Positions 1 to 11,988 of a stretch of DNA of 64,000 nt are shown here, piece by piece. The stretch comes from Anthoceros angustus (Eukaryota; Plantae; Anthocerotophyta). The notes under the pieces were generated by a model. The model saw nothing but the letters and a program-made list of their open reading frames with translations, had not been told where the DNA came from and made no database searches. Every line of letters begins with the position of its first letter. Position 1 is the stretch's first letter. The translations under genes and the position numbers were made by a program. The DNA is taken from positions 434,001 to 498,000 of the forward strand of contig VJWM01000172.1 in the NCBI GenBank assembly GCA_010909165.1, read 5' to 3'.

Positions 1-209
1 CCCAAGGCAAATGGTTTGACGGAGAACACGAATGGTTTGTTGTGTACAATCTTGACCAAGGTAATCACACTCACATGTATGATTGGGACACCAAATTGCA
101 TTCAGCTTTGTGGGCCTACAAAGGGAGAAGGTGACCACCAAGAAGACTCCTATTATTTAACGTAGAAGAGGGGCCTGATGTCGGGTGGTTCGATCCTCCC
201 CTTGAATTT
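1..209 (+). pseudogene. pol: Gypsy integrase C-terminal core (end of unit 1)
   Basis: PKANGLTENTNGLLCTILTK, YDWDTKL, KVTTKKTPYY, ILPLEF across frames. Confidence 0.85.
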
Positions 210-567
210 CCTCGACGCAAACCTCAACTCCTCATGAGTTTCGGATGCACAATCTAAATTCCATTGATCCTATGCCGACTTGTAATATATGGAGGAAGTC
301 GACCAGCACATGGTGTTTGACCCGAGGATGAACTAGCCGACTCCGTGGAGACAGAGATCCCTCGACCAAGCGCATCCAATATATCATATCGAACCACTTG
401 ATTTGTGAAATCATTTGAGTAATCCACCGATCTATTACAACATCTCGAAGACCAAGCGCTTTCAAAATCTCGATCGAATCACTTGAGTTGCCAAAGTATT
501 TGAGTACTCCATTTGATCCATCACAAAATATGAATGAGCTATGCATTTATAGTTGAAACTTGGGTAA

Positions 568-1169
568 ATATAGACTTGAAGATGGTTTTGTTCTCGATGA
601 TATATTATGAATTATCGATAAGTTTTTTTATTTTGTTAGTAAATTATAGTATATTTAATATTGATATTATAACAAAACATCATCATAAACATCACAAAAT
701 ATTTCCAAGAGATATTATGATAATCGTATAACGTTGTTTTACCATTAACTTATAGAATTATCAAAAACTATACCAAAGATAGACGTGGAAGATATATTAC
801 AAATAACCTTCTCGATCACTAGATAAAGAATGGAAGTAATTTGGCATAAAAGAAGGTAAACATAGTAAATATAGAAAGTGGATAAGAGTAAAAGTAATTA
901 ATGGGGTAGTTTAGGTAAATATAATGGGGCATGATAGAAGCAACAAGAACTCTTGGAGGTAGGATGGGCATCAGTAGCGTGTGGATCACCGACAAGTGCC
1001 CTATACAAATTCGTATGTCGCAAAATCTCTTGGAAATATTGTTTGTGATGTTTATGATGATGTTTTGTTATAATATCAATATGAAATATACTATAATTTA
1101 CTAACAAAATAAAAATTATCGATAATTCATAATATATCATCGAGAACAAAACCATCTTCAAGTCTATAT
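568..1169. repeat. Fold-back: ~145-bp inverted arms, ~310-bp loop
   Basis: 568-713 is the reverse complement of 1025-1169 with few mismatches. Confidence 0.92.
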
Positions 1170-1534
1170 ATGTATGGTCCCTACACACAAATCACAAATC
1201 TATCTTCATATATCTATTTCAATCTTAACTCTATTGATCCTATCGACTTGTAATATATGGAGGAAGTCGACCAGCACATGGTGTTTGACACGGAGGATGA
1301 ACTATTTGGGACTCTGAGCAGAGATCCCTCGACCAAGCGCATCCAATATATCATATCGAGCCACTTGATTTGTGAAATCATTTGAGTAATCCACCGATCT
1401 ATTACAACATCGGAAGACCAAGCGCTTTCAAAATCTCGGATCGAATCACTTGAGTTGCCAAAGTATTTGAGTACTCCATTTGATCCATCACAAAATATGA
1501 ATGAGCTATGCATTTATAGTTGAAACTTGGGTAA

Positions 1535-2140
1535 ATATAGACTTGAAGATGGTTTTGTTCTCGATGATATATTATGAATTATCGATAAGTTTTTTTATTT
1601 TGTTAGTAAATTATAGTATATTTAATATTGATATTATAACAAAACATCATCATAAACATCACAAAATATTTCCAAGAGATATTATGCATAATCGTATAAC
1701 GTTGTTTTACCATTAACTTATAGAATTATCAAAAACTATACCAAAGATAGACGTGGAAGATATATTACAAATAACCTTCTCGATCACTAGATAAAACTGT
1801 CGGAAGTAATTTGGCATAAAAGAAGGTAAACATAGTAAATATAGAAAGTGGATAAGAGTAAAAGTAATTATTGGGGTAGTTTAGGGTAAATATAATGGGG
1901 CATGATAGAAGCAACATAACTCTTGGAGGTAGGATGGGCCGCATTGGCGGTGGATCACCGACAAGTGCCCTATACAAATTCGTATGTCGCAAAATCTCTT
2001 GGAAATATTGTTTGTGATGTTTATGATGATGTTTTGTTATAATATCAATATGAAATATACTATAATTTACTAACAAAATAAAAAAATTATCGATAATTCA
2101 TAATATATCATCGAGAACAAAACCATCTTCAAGTCTATAT
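1535..2140. repeat. Fold-back inverted repeat (extra duplicated copy)
   Basis: Same arms as 568-1169. Confidence 0.92.
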
Positions 2141-2473
2141 ATGTATGGTCCCTACACACAAATCACAAATCTATCTTCATATATCTATTTCAATCTTACG
2201 AAAGGATTCTCATTTTGTTGTCTACAATGATTCCAAGTTTGCCGATCTATGGCTATGATGATGTTTGTGATGCTATCTTTGCTTAGCATCAATTTTGTGT
2301 CGCAAGATTGCTAAGAGGTATTATAATTCTTTTATATGTGTGTATTCCATGTATTAAAATTCCATTTTAGATATGTATATTATGTTGCTCTCAACTAGCT
2401 AGTTCTTTGAGATGTTGTTAAACTCGGTTTGATGTAGAAAAACAAAGGGAATTCGGACTACGTACTGGTCCCG

Positions 2474-2730
2474 ATCCCCATCCATCTCCCCATTTTCACC
2501 CTCCGCAGTGGACTACGTACTTCTGGTCTAGATCCTCATCCATCTCCCCATTTTTACCCTCCGCAGCCGGACTATGTACTTCCCGGTCCGGATCCTCATC
2601 CATCTCCCCATTTTTTCCTCCGCAGCCGGGACCACGACTTCCCGGTCCAGATCCTCATCCATCTCCCCATTTTTCCCTCGCAGCGGACTATGTACTTCTG
2701 GTCCGATCCTCATCCATCACCCCCAAATTT
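2474..2730 (+). repeat. ~58-60 bp minisatellite, 5 copies
   Basis: gatcctcatccatctccccattttt-ccctc(t)gca(aa)gccggactatgtacttc(c)ggtcc. Confidence 0.95.
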
Positions 2731-4882
2731 TGGTATCCCTCCCAAGAATAAGAAGTTGGTATAAGGGAGCACGTGAATGAAGATATCTATGGGAACGCAA
2801 TTGGCTAGATTGTCTATGTTAGCTCGTTGTTGGTAGGATTTCTACTTCCCTTTGTAGGGATTGTTATCCTTCTTCTCTGTTTGTGGTCTGCTCTTATGTG
2901 CAGCCCTAGTATATATTGTTGTGGGGATATGCTTGTGCCTCTCGATGGGGCTTTAGGAGGTGAAATTCTCTTCTTTTATAAAGCATTAAAAATTTGGTGT
3001 AACAAAAGTTACTCTCAACCTTACTTGCCTCTAATGCTCACGCATCACGAACAATGAGCACCGCCGCTGAACAAAGGAATGTAAGCATCGCGGCTCGCTT
3101 AGTCGAATGCTCCAACTCTTGGAATCCGACAACGGTGGTTGGCGTCTGCGGATGGATGCTAGCACATTCAAAATCCGTGAGAGATAAATCAATTCAAGAA
3201 GGATCCGCTTGAGCATACTCCTCTTACAATCGCATGTCACAACGAGTTATCCGAATGGCTAATAAGAGGCGGTAACTTATCCTAGCTAGCAAGCTTGTTC
3301 GAGTTCGCGATGTGTGCCCGGAGTACATGTAGCTCTAGAAGCATCTCCACAAGCCTTCACGAACCACAAGCATTTCAGGACCTTCCATATCAAGAACCTT
3401 TTGCGTCGACTCGTGAGATCGAACATCTTGGATTGTCAAAGAAACCAATTCAAGTGCAACATTTACATAGCGATTACTCACAATTGCTTGCTTGAAGCAA
3501 GAGCAAGGACTTCAAAGAAGAGCTTAACTAGTTGCACCTCCACAAGCCTTCAATGAGGCACGCACTTCAGGACCTTCCTCGCCAAGAAGCTTTTGCATTC
3601 CCGACTCTTGAGACTAAACATCCCGGATTGTTGTGCAACAAACCAATTCAAGTACAACATTTACATAGCGATTGTTCACAATTGCTTGAAGCAAGAAGGA
3701 CTTCAAAGAAGAGCGTAATTGGTTGCACACCCAATTACTACCATTCTACCCTCATGTGCAAGCTAAAGATGAATAAAGCGTGTATGCTCGATGATACATC
3801 GATGAAGTGGTTGACACCAAACCTTGTTGTCACGAGACATACCTCAACATCCGATTCTCACAAGCTGCCTACCGCCGCAGCTATTGCCCTAGGCTTGGAT
3901 TTTCAAGTTCATCAAGGATTTTGCCAAGAAGGCGGCCTCGCTGACCAGCTGACCAAGAAGGACATGCCCTTCAAATGATGGAGCCAAGGCATGAAGCCTT
4001 CGGCTTGAAGGATAGCTTGGTGAGCGCACCAACACTACAACCACCATTGGAAAAACCGTTCCATGTGTAGATGTATGCCTTATTGGGACTATCTTAAGCC
4101 GGAAGACGAGAAGAAGCGGATCATCCAATTTTCTATCGGGGCAACTTATGGATGCCGAGAGAAATTATTCAACCACCGAGAGGGAAGGTCTTAGCATCAT
4201 ATACTCTTGTAAGAAGTTTAGACACTACATGCTTGCTTGTAAGGTGACGTTCCATGTCGACCATTTTGTGTTAAAGTACCTTGTGAACAAGCTAGATTTA
4301 TCAGGAAGGATTGCTAGGTGGGTCCTGTTGCTGCAAGAGTTTGATTTTGATGTAGAAACCAGGCCAAGGAAGCAACATATGAATGCCAATTTTGTTTCCC
4401 GTCTGAAAATTGGAAAATGGAAAATGGATTGTGGCCACTGATGACGTCCCATTTCCCGACGAGGAGCTAGTAGCAGTAGCGCGGTTAGGGGGAGAGGATC
4501 GTGAGCAAAGTACACATTTGATTGAGGCTGGCAAAGAGAGGTACGGAAGGACCAAATGTCTGTGGAAGGGGTTTTAGAGGATTTCGCGGAGGACGATCTA
4601 GGAGTTCGAGATGAAGTAAAAGAGCAAAACATGGGTGCAAGGAGGAGCAAGGTATGCTCTTTAAGTGGAAGGGCTGCAAGTGGAGGCCACAACGCTGGCA
4701 AAAGGATGTGGAGAAACAAATAAGAAATTTGAAGGAAGGAGAGGTGGCACACAAAAATGGTGTGCCTCATGAGGAGGTGTGTGCGCTGGAGTCTAGGAGC
4801 GGGTAGCTCCGCATTGGTGTGTATATGGAGAAGGATTGTGGAGAAACCACACCTCAAAGAGTGCTTGCGTGAGCTGCCTAAA

Positions 4883-6957
4883 CATAGGGGTTATTCTCCA
4901 TTAAAGGGGTTTGGGTCCCTAAAGACCAAAAATGACCCCAAACGGGCCAAAATGCATCATCTTTAGCAAAACCACTCTTTAGACATGTAATCAAAGACAT
5001 TGACCATGTTATTTTCTCGTGAATACTTACGCTAATAGGTTGAAGCAAGAAGGTTCATGGATTTCACCTTCACAAGGAAGGGATTTCAAGGATTTTAATA
5101 GGTGCTAGGAATCCTAAACACCTCTTCGCAGCGATAGTACTTCCTAGCGGGGTGAGCAGAGGCAAACCAAACAAAATTAGTCCAGAGTTAAAGCTGGACG
5201 TCCGGCGCAACCAACACGCAGTAGCAATTGAAGCCGAAGAGAACTACGGACGTCCGAATTGTGAGAGAACATTAACCGATAGCTTGATCATGGCCATCTC
5301 GAGAGGACCAAACTACGACTCTAAAAGTAGCGGACGTGCATTTTGAGTACACAACCGGATCTCCATTGTTAGAGTGAAAACATAGAAGGAATTGGAACAA
5401 TGCGCCGGACGTCGCACATTGGCGAGTTGAAGCACCGGACGTCCGCATTTTCTGAGACCCCAATCTTGTGGGCGTCCAGAGATGGAAAATGGTGGAGTGG
5501 ACGTCCGCATAATGTATATTTATTGTTTGTCTTCTAGAAATATCCGCTGGGATAGGTGCACATAGACTCAATGGCGTAAGAACTCCAAGGTTAAGCACCC
5601 GGGTCGGATCAATACTGGATGGGGTGCTTGACTTTGGTGCTTTAGAATTTCGTTATGCACTTTGGGTCAAATTAGAACTAGGATGGCTTGCTTGTTTTTG
5701 GCGCTTTGAAAACTTTGTAACAACTCCATCATAGCAACCTAGAGGCGTATCAATACTAGGATGGAGTGTTGATTTTTAGTGGTTTGAAAAATTTGTAAAT
5801 CATCCCAGATCTAGGCGTAAAGTCATGAATATTATTTTTGAAAATCATTTGTTGGTTGATGTTATATTCCCACATTCGCTTTGTATACAACATGTAAACC
5901 TTTTGGCCTTACTCTATGTGCCCCTTCGATGACTTGCAATGGATCTCTTTGATTGGTGCGCCAAATGTCCGCTCATTCGAGTTTGATGCACGATAGATGC
6001 ATAGGCCTTGGTTTCTAGATGAGCTACATTTTCCAAAATTCGACATGTATGATGGTGGTTTCTAATGGCCAACCTTTTGAAGACGACAATGTTTCACAAT
6101 GTTTTGAGAAGCAAGAAAATAAATAGAATAGATGATTTGTCCTTGAGTAATGAAAGCCGCTTGATGAAACACAAGTATAAGAGAGCATCCGCTGCCACCG
6201 CGAGCCCTAGTGAGAGCCAGTATCGAAGAAAGAGGTCGCCCAGCCGGGGTTTTGACCAAATGGCGAGTATTTCGTGAGGCTCAAGGAGGACCTATCTATA
6301 CCCACCGTGACGCCCACATGTATGGGGCAAGTGTTCGAGTTAACTATAGCCAAGCTTCGCGTGAGATTTTGAATTTAAGATCCGACTTGCTCCATGTGCC
6401 ACCCATGGATAGATTAAGGTTGAAAGCGACGGACTTGACAAGAAGAAATGTAAGCTCAAGAGTTTGATCAAGAACGGTTGAGGAGGCCTCACCATCCTTT
6501 ACCTTGTCCAATTCTCACCATGGGCCCAATGCGCAGATCTAAGTGCGGCTTATCTCGACACGGAGGGGCCAGTCGTGGTATGCCCGTCTGGGATTGCTCA
6601 ATCACGGGGTTTGAAAAGAGAATTGATGTGAGTGTTGGTGCGGTGGCAAGTGTGCACAAGCAACTTGAACGAAAGTGCTTGCCTACACAAGTATTGACGC
6701 AACCTCTCCAAACCCGTGTATTGCACCTCTTTGGAGTATAAGTCGCGGACGTTGGTGCACTCCAGCTCTTTGGAGCATAAGCGCCACCATCCGCCACTTG
6801 GTACAAAAGTGTGTCCGCATTTGTGCGGACGGTGGGCACATTAGGTCTTCCTTGGGCTCGATGCATGGGCTATGGGTTCGCAAATCAGCGATGAAATGAG
6901 ACATGTGCATTTCTGGATGGTTGGGGCCAAAATGGGGTTCGGAGACAAACCCCTATG
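4883..6957 (+). mobile_element. Non-autonomous TIR DNA element (~2.07 kb), hAT-like termini
   Basis: Ends CATAGGGGTTATTCTCC vs reverse complement CATAGGGGTTTGTCTCC (15/17); clustered GGACGTCC palindromes; no transposase recognised; interrupts a unit. Confidence 0.75.
5579..5764 (+). other. Three tandem degenerate 5S rRNA internal control regions (box A, IE, box C)
   Basis: agaactccaaggttaagc..gggtcggatcaatactggatggg; agaattt..gttatgc..ttgggtc..tagaactaggatgg; aactcc..tagc..aatactaggatgg, vs plant 5S AGAACTCCGCAGTTAAGCGTGCTTGGGCGAGAGTAGTACTAGGATGGG. Confidence 0.75.
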
Positions 6958-8544
6958 CTGAGAAACACTGTTAGTGGAGCTGCAAGAAAGAGCGTCGACA
7001 GGTCCACGGTCGATTGCGTAAGTGGCTGCCAGGAAAACGCAGCAATGTGAGGAGATCAGAGCTGCGTCCGGGCTAGTCATGAGACTAGGCAGCATAGAGA
7101 TGAAGAGGCGGCGATGGCGCGAGAGATGAGCAGTGGCTGCAGTATTATGCCAGCAGCCGATCGCAGGAAGGAGCTGGTTTTGCAAGCCAAGTAGAGGGCG
7201 GGCAGTGGCCACAAAGACCGACATCCCTAGTGGGCAAACTAGAGGGGACGGCGAGGTGTACATGGGAAGAGGAGGTCGGGCGTGAAGGACTCCCATGTCC
7301 ACGGTATTTGCTAAACGCAGGTACTAAGATTCTTAGAGCACGGATCATGCCTAATGGTTTGTCAAGGAAGGCGTCTGTTGTTCCTTAAAATGCCGCCTTA
7401 TTGTCTGAGATGGGGTCTCATACAAGCTTGGTCCGGATGGGAAGATCCGAGGTTGTTTGGAAGAGAAGGAAGCTACTCTCATCATAGAAGCTTTGCATGC
7501 GTAAGAGGCCGGAGGCCATTATTTGGTACAAATTACGATGAAGGAGATCCTAGATGGTTTTGGTGGGCCACGATGCGAGTGATGTGGGATTTTGTTCGGA
7601 GGTGTGATGCATTCCAACGGGTTGGGAGGCCGACTTTGTCAACACAATGGCCTCATACTTATATCCTACCTTTGGCACCTTTCGAGAAGTGGGGCATAGA
7701 CTTTGTGGGTCCCATCAGCCGCCCACAAAATGGACAAGGCAGCAATATATTTTGGTGGATACGGACTCGCACAAAATGGCAGAGGTCAAGCAACAAGGAA
7801 GGATGATGCACCAAGAGGTGGCAAAGTTTCTCTTGAGAACATCATAACCCCAGATGGGTGTCCTTTGGAGCTGGCGATAGGGAACTCATTTTCTCAACTC
7901 GGTGATTGAGTCTTTTACCTCCTACCTCAATATCCTAAGACGAAAGACAACTCCTTACAATCCCAAGGCAAATGGTTTGACGGAGAACACGAATGGTTTG
8001 TTGTGTACAATCTTGACCAAGGTAATCACACTACATGTATGATTGGGACACCAAATTGTATCTGGGCCAGGGCCTAAGGTGATAAAGGGAGAAGGTGACC
8101 ACCAAGAAGACTCCTATTATTTAACGTCGTAGAAGAGGGGCCTGATGTCGGGTTGTTCGTATCCTCCCCTTGAATTTCCCTTGACGTCAAACCTCAACTC
8201 CTCATGAGTTTCGGATGCACAATCCAAAATTTCTCTATTGATCCTATGCCGACTTGTAATATATGGAGGAAGTCGACCAGCACATGGTGTTTGACCCGGA
8301 GGATGAACTAGCTGGGACTCCGTGGAGATGAGATCCTTGCCACCAAGCGCATCCAATATATCATATCGAGCCACTTGATTTGTGAAATCATTTGAGTAAT
8401 CCACGATCTATTACAACATCCGGAAGACCAAGCGCTTTCAAAATCTCGGATCGAATCACTTGAGTTGCCAAAGTATTTGAGTACTCCATTTGATCCATCA
8501 CAAAATATGAATGAGCTATGCATTTATAGTTGAAACTTGGGTAA

Positions 8545-9144
8545 ATATAGACTTGAAGATGGTTTTGTTCTCGATGATATATTATGAATTATCGATAAGT
8601 TTTTTTATTTTGTTAGTAATTATAGTATATTTAATATTGATATTATAACAAAACATCATCATAAACACAAAAATATTTCCAAGAGATATTATAATCAGAT
8701 AACGTTGTTTTACCATTAACTTATAGAATTATCAAAAACTATACCAAAGATAGACGTGGAAGATATATTACAAATAACCTTCTCGATCACTAGATAAAAG
8801 AACGGAAGTAATTTGGCATAAAAGAAGGTAAACATAGTAAATATAGAAAGTGGATAAGAGTAAAAGTAATTATTGGGGTAGTTTAGGTAAATATAATGGG
8901 GCATGATAGAAGCAACAAGAACTCTTCTGAGGTAGGATGGGCATCGTTAGTAGCGGTGGATCACCACAAGTGCCCTATACAAATTCGTATGTCGCAAAAT
9001 CTCTTGGAAATATTGTTTGTGATGTTTATGATGATGTTTTGTTATAATATCAATATGAAATATACTATAATTTACTAACAAAATAAAAAATTATCGATAA
9101 TTCATAATATATCATCGAGAACAAAACCATCTTCAAGTCTATAT
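8545..9144. repeat. Fold-back inverted repeat
   Basis: Same arms. Confidence 0.92.
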
Positions 9145-9484
9145 ATGTATGGTCCCTACACACAAATCACAAATCTATCTTCATATCTATTTCAATCTTA
9201 CGAAAGGATTCTCATTTTGTTGTCTAATGATTCCAAGTTTGCGCCGATCTATGGCTATGATGATGTTTGTGATGCTATCTTTGCTTAGCATCAATTTTGT
9301 GTCAGCAAGATTGCTAAGAGGTATTATAATTCTTTTATATGTGTGTATTCCATGTATTAAAATTCCATTTTAGATATGTATATTATGTTGCTCTCAACTA
9401 GCTAGTTTATGTTGTCGATGTGTTGTTAAATCCGTGGTTGATGTAGAAAAACAAAGGGAATTCGGACTACGTACTTCTGGTCCC

Positions 9485-9740
9485 GATCCCCATCCATCTC
9501 CCCATTTTCACCCTCCGCAGGACTACGACTTTCTCGGGTCTAGATCCTCATCCATCTCCCCATTTTACCCTCCGCAGGACTACGTACTTCGGTCCGGATC
9601 CTCATCCATCTCCCCATTTTTCCCTCCGCAGCCGGACTACGTACTTCTGGTCCAGATCCTCATCCATCTCCCCATTTTTCCCTCTCGCAGCGGACTATGT
9701 ACTTCTGGTCCAGATCCTCATCCATCACCCCCAAATTTTG
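9485..9740 (+). repeat. Minisatellite, 5 copies
   Basis: Counted catccatc cores. Confidence 0.95.
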
Positions 9741-11988
9741 GTATCCCTCCCAAGAATAAGAAGTTGGTATAAGGGAGCTGTGAATGAAGATATCTATGGG
9801 AACGCAATTGGCTAGATTGTCTATGTTAGCTACGGTTGTTGGTAGGGATTTCTACTTCCCTTTGTGTAGGGATTGTTATCCTTCTCTCAAGCTTCGTGGT
9901 CCATTGCTCTTATGTGCAGCCTAGTATATATTTGTTGTGGGATATGCTTGTGCCTCTCGATGGGGCTTTAGGAGGTGAAATTCTCTTCTTTTTATAAAGC
10001 ATTAAAAATTTGGTGTAACAAAAGTTACTCTCAACCTTATTTGCCTCTAATGTCACTGCACGGCAATCACGAGCAATCGTGCTGAACGGAACTACGTAAG
10101 CATCGCGGCTGCTAGTCGAATGCTCCAACTCTTGGAATCCCGACAACGGTGGTTGGCGTCTGCCGGATGGATGCTAGCACATTCAAAATCCGGAGAGATA
10201 AATCAATTCAAGAAGGATCCACTGAGCATACTCCTCTTACAATCGCATGTCACAACGAGTTATCTCGAATGGCTAATAAGAGGCGGTAACTTATCCTAGC
10301 CAAGAAGCTTGTTCGAGTTCGCGATGTGCCCGGAGTACATGTAGCTCTAGAAGCATCTCCACAAGCCTTCCGAACCACAAAGTTTCCTGTGACCTTCCAT
10401 ATCAAGAACCTTTTGCGCCCCGACTGTGAGATCGAACATCTTGGATTGTCGTAAAGAAACCAATTCAAGTGCAACATTTACATAGCGACTCACAATTGCT
10501 TGCTTGAAGCAAGAGCAAGGACTTCAAAGAAGAGCTTAACTAGTTGCACCTCCACAAGCCTTCGAACCGGAGGCACGCACTTCCAGGACCTTCCTCGTCA
10601 AGAAGCTTTTGCATTCGACTCTTGAGACTAAACATCCCGGATTGTTGTGCAACAAACCAATTCAAGTACAACATTTACATAGCGATTGTTCACAATTGCT
10701 AGCTTGAAGCAAGAGTGGACTTCAAAGAAGAGCGAATTGGTTGCACCTACACTCCAATTACCATTCTACCCTCATGTGCAAGCTAAAGATGAATAAAGCG
10801 TGTATGGCATGACAATCGATGAAGTGGTTGACACCAAACCTTGTTGTCACGGAGACATACCTCAACATCCGCTCACAAGCCTCGCTCACAGCCTATTGCG
10901 TTCTAGGCTTGGATTTTCAAGTTCATCAAGGATTTTGCCAAGAAGGCGGCCTCGCTGAGTTGACAAGAAGGACATGCCCTGGGCCGGACAGAGGGCATGA
11001 AGCCTTTCAAAGCAGCTTGAAGGATAGCTTGGTGAGCGCACCAACACTACAACCACCGATTGGGAAAAACCGTTCCATGTACGTAGATGTGTTCCGCTAC
11101 AGCTATTGGGACTATCTTAAGCCGGAAGGACGAGAAGAAGGGATCATCCAATTTTCTATGTGGCGGGCAACTTATGGATGCCGAGAAATTATTCAACCAC
11201 CGAGAGGGAAGGTCTTAGCATCATATACTCTTGTAAGAAGTTTAGACACTACATGCTTGCTTGTAAGGTGACGTTCCATGTCGACCATTTTGTGTTAAAG
11301 TACCTTGTGAACAAGCTAGATTTATCGTGAAGGATTGCTAGGTGGGTCCTGCTTGCAAGAGTTTGATTTTGATGTAGAAACCAGGCCAAGGAAGCAACAT
11401 ATGAATGCCAATTTTGTTGCCCGTCTGAAAATTGGAAAATGGAAAATGGATTGTGGCCATCGATGACGCCCCATTTCCGACGAGGAGCTAGTAGCAGAGG
11501 CTGTTAGGGGAGAGGATCATGAGCAAAGTACACATTTGATTGAGGCTGCAGAAGAGGCAAAGCGTATGACCAAATGTCTCGTGGAAGGGGTTGCGCAGTG
11601 ATTTGCTGCAGGAGTGACGATCTAGGAGTTCGAGATGAAGTAAAGAGCAGCAAAGATGGGTGCAAGGAGGAGCAAGGTATGCTCTTTAAGTGGAAGGGCT
11701 GCAAGTGGAGGCCACAACGCGTGGCAAAAGGATGTGGAGAAACAGCCAAGAAATCGCAATTTGAAGGAAGGAGAGGTGGCACACAAAATGGTGTGCCTCA
11801 TGAGGAGGTGTGTGCGCTGGAGTCTAGGAGCGGAGGTAGCTCCGCATTGGTGGTGGCATGGAGAAGGATTGTGGAGAAACCACACCAAAGAGTGCTTGCA
11901 AGTGGAGCTGAAGAAGAGCGTCGACAGTCCACGGTCATTGCATAAGTGGGTCACAGGTGAAAGCAATATCGGAGATCGCGCTAGAGCG

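Larger units (their letters stand above)
2782..8177 (+). pseudogene. pol: Decayed Ty3/Gypsy pol (PR C-end, RT, RH, INT), unit 2, interrupted by TIR element 4883-6957
   Basis: RNase H ORF 4148-4441 ERNYSTTEREGLSIIYSCKKFRHY..DH..LKYL..RW.LLLQEFDF; RT thumb KFIKDFAKKA..LTKKDMPFKW; INT PLAPFEKWGIDFVGPI, TTPYNPKANG. Confidence 0.9.

Noticed and set aside
534-1188. His-rich ORFs (..TKHHHKHHK..) on both strands
   Set aside because: By-product of the catcatcataaacatcac tract in the two arms of the inverted repeat; short and without homology.
2474-2730. CRISPR-like look of a constant ~25-nt core with variable interspaces
   Set aside because: The interspaces are homologous to each other, there are no cas genes, and the context is eukaryotic TE; it is a minisatellite.
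3170-3250. gag-like EI..F.Q...E motif (GEINQFKKDP.E)
   Set aside because: Better explained as the RT KKDG..R.C.DYR.LN region, given the order of the flanking motifs.
5540-5660. Functional 5S rRNA gene
   Set aside because: Only the internal control region matches; the 5' GGATGCG and 3' stem/terminator are absent.
6060-6900. Transposase or captured host gene inside the TIR element
   Set aside because: The ORFs are short, differ between the two copies and show no motif I recognise.
4883-6957. Cassandra TRIM
   Set aside because: No LTR pair, PBS or PPT; the ends are short inverted repeats.
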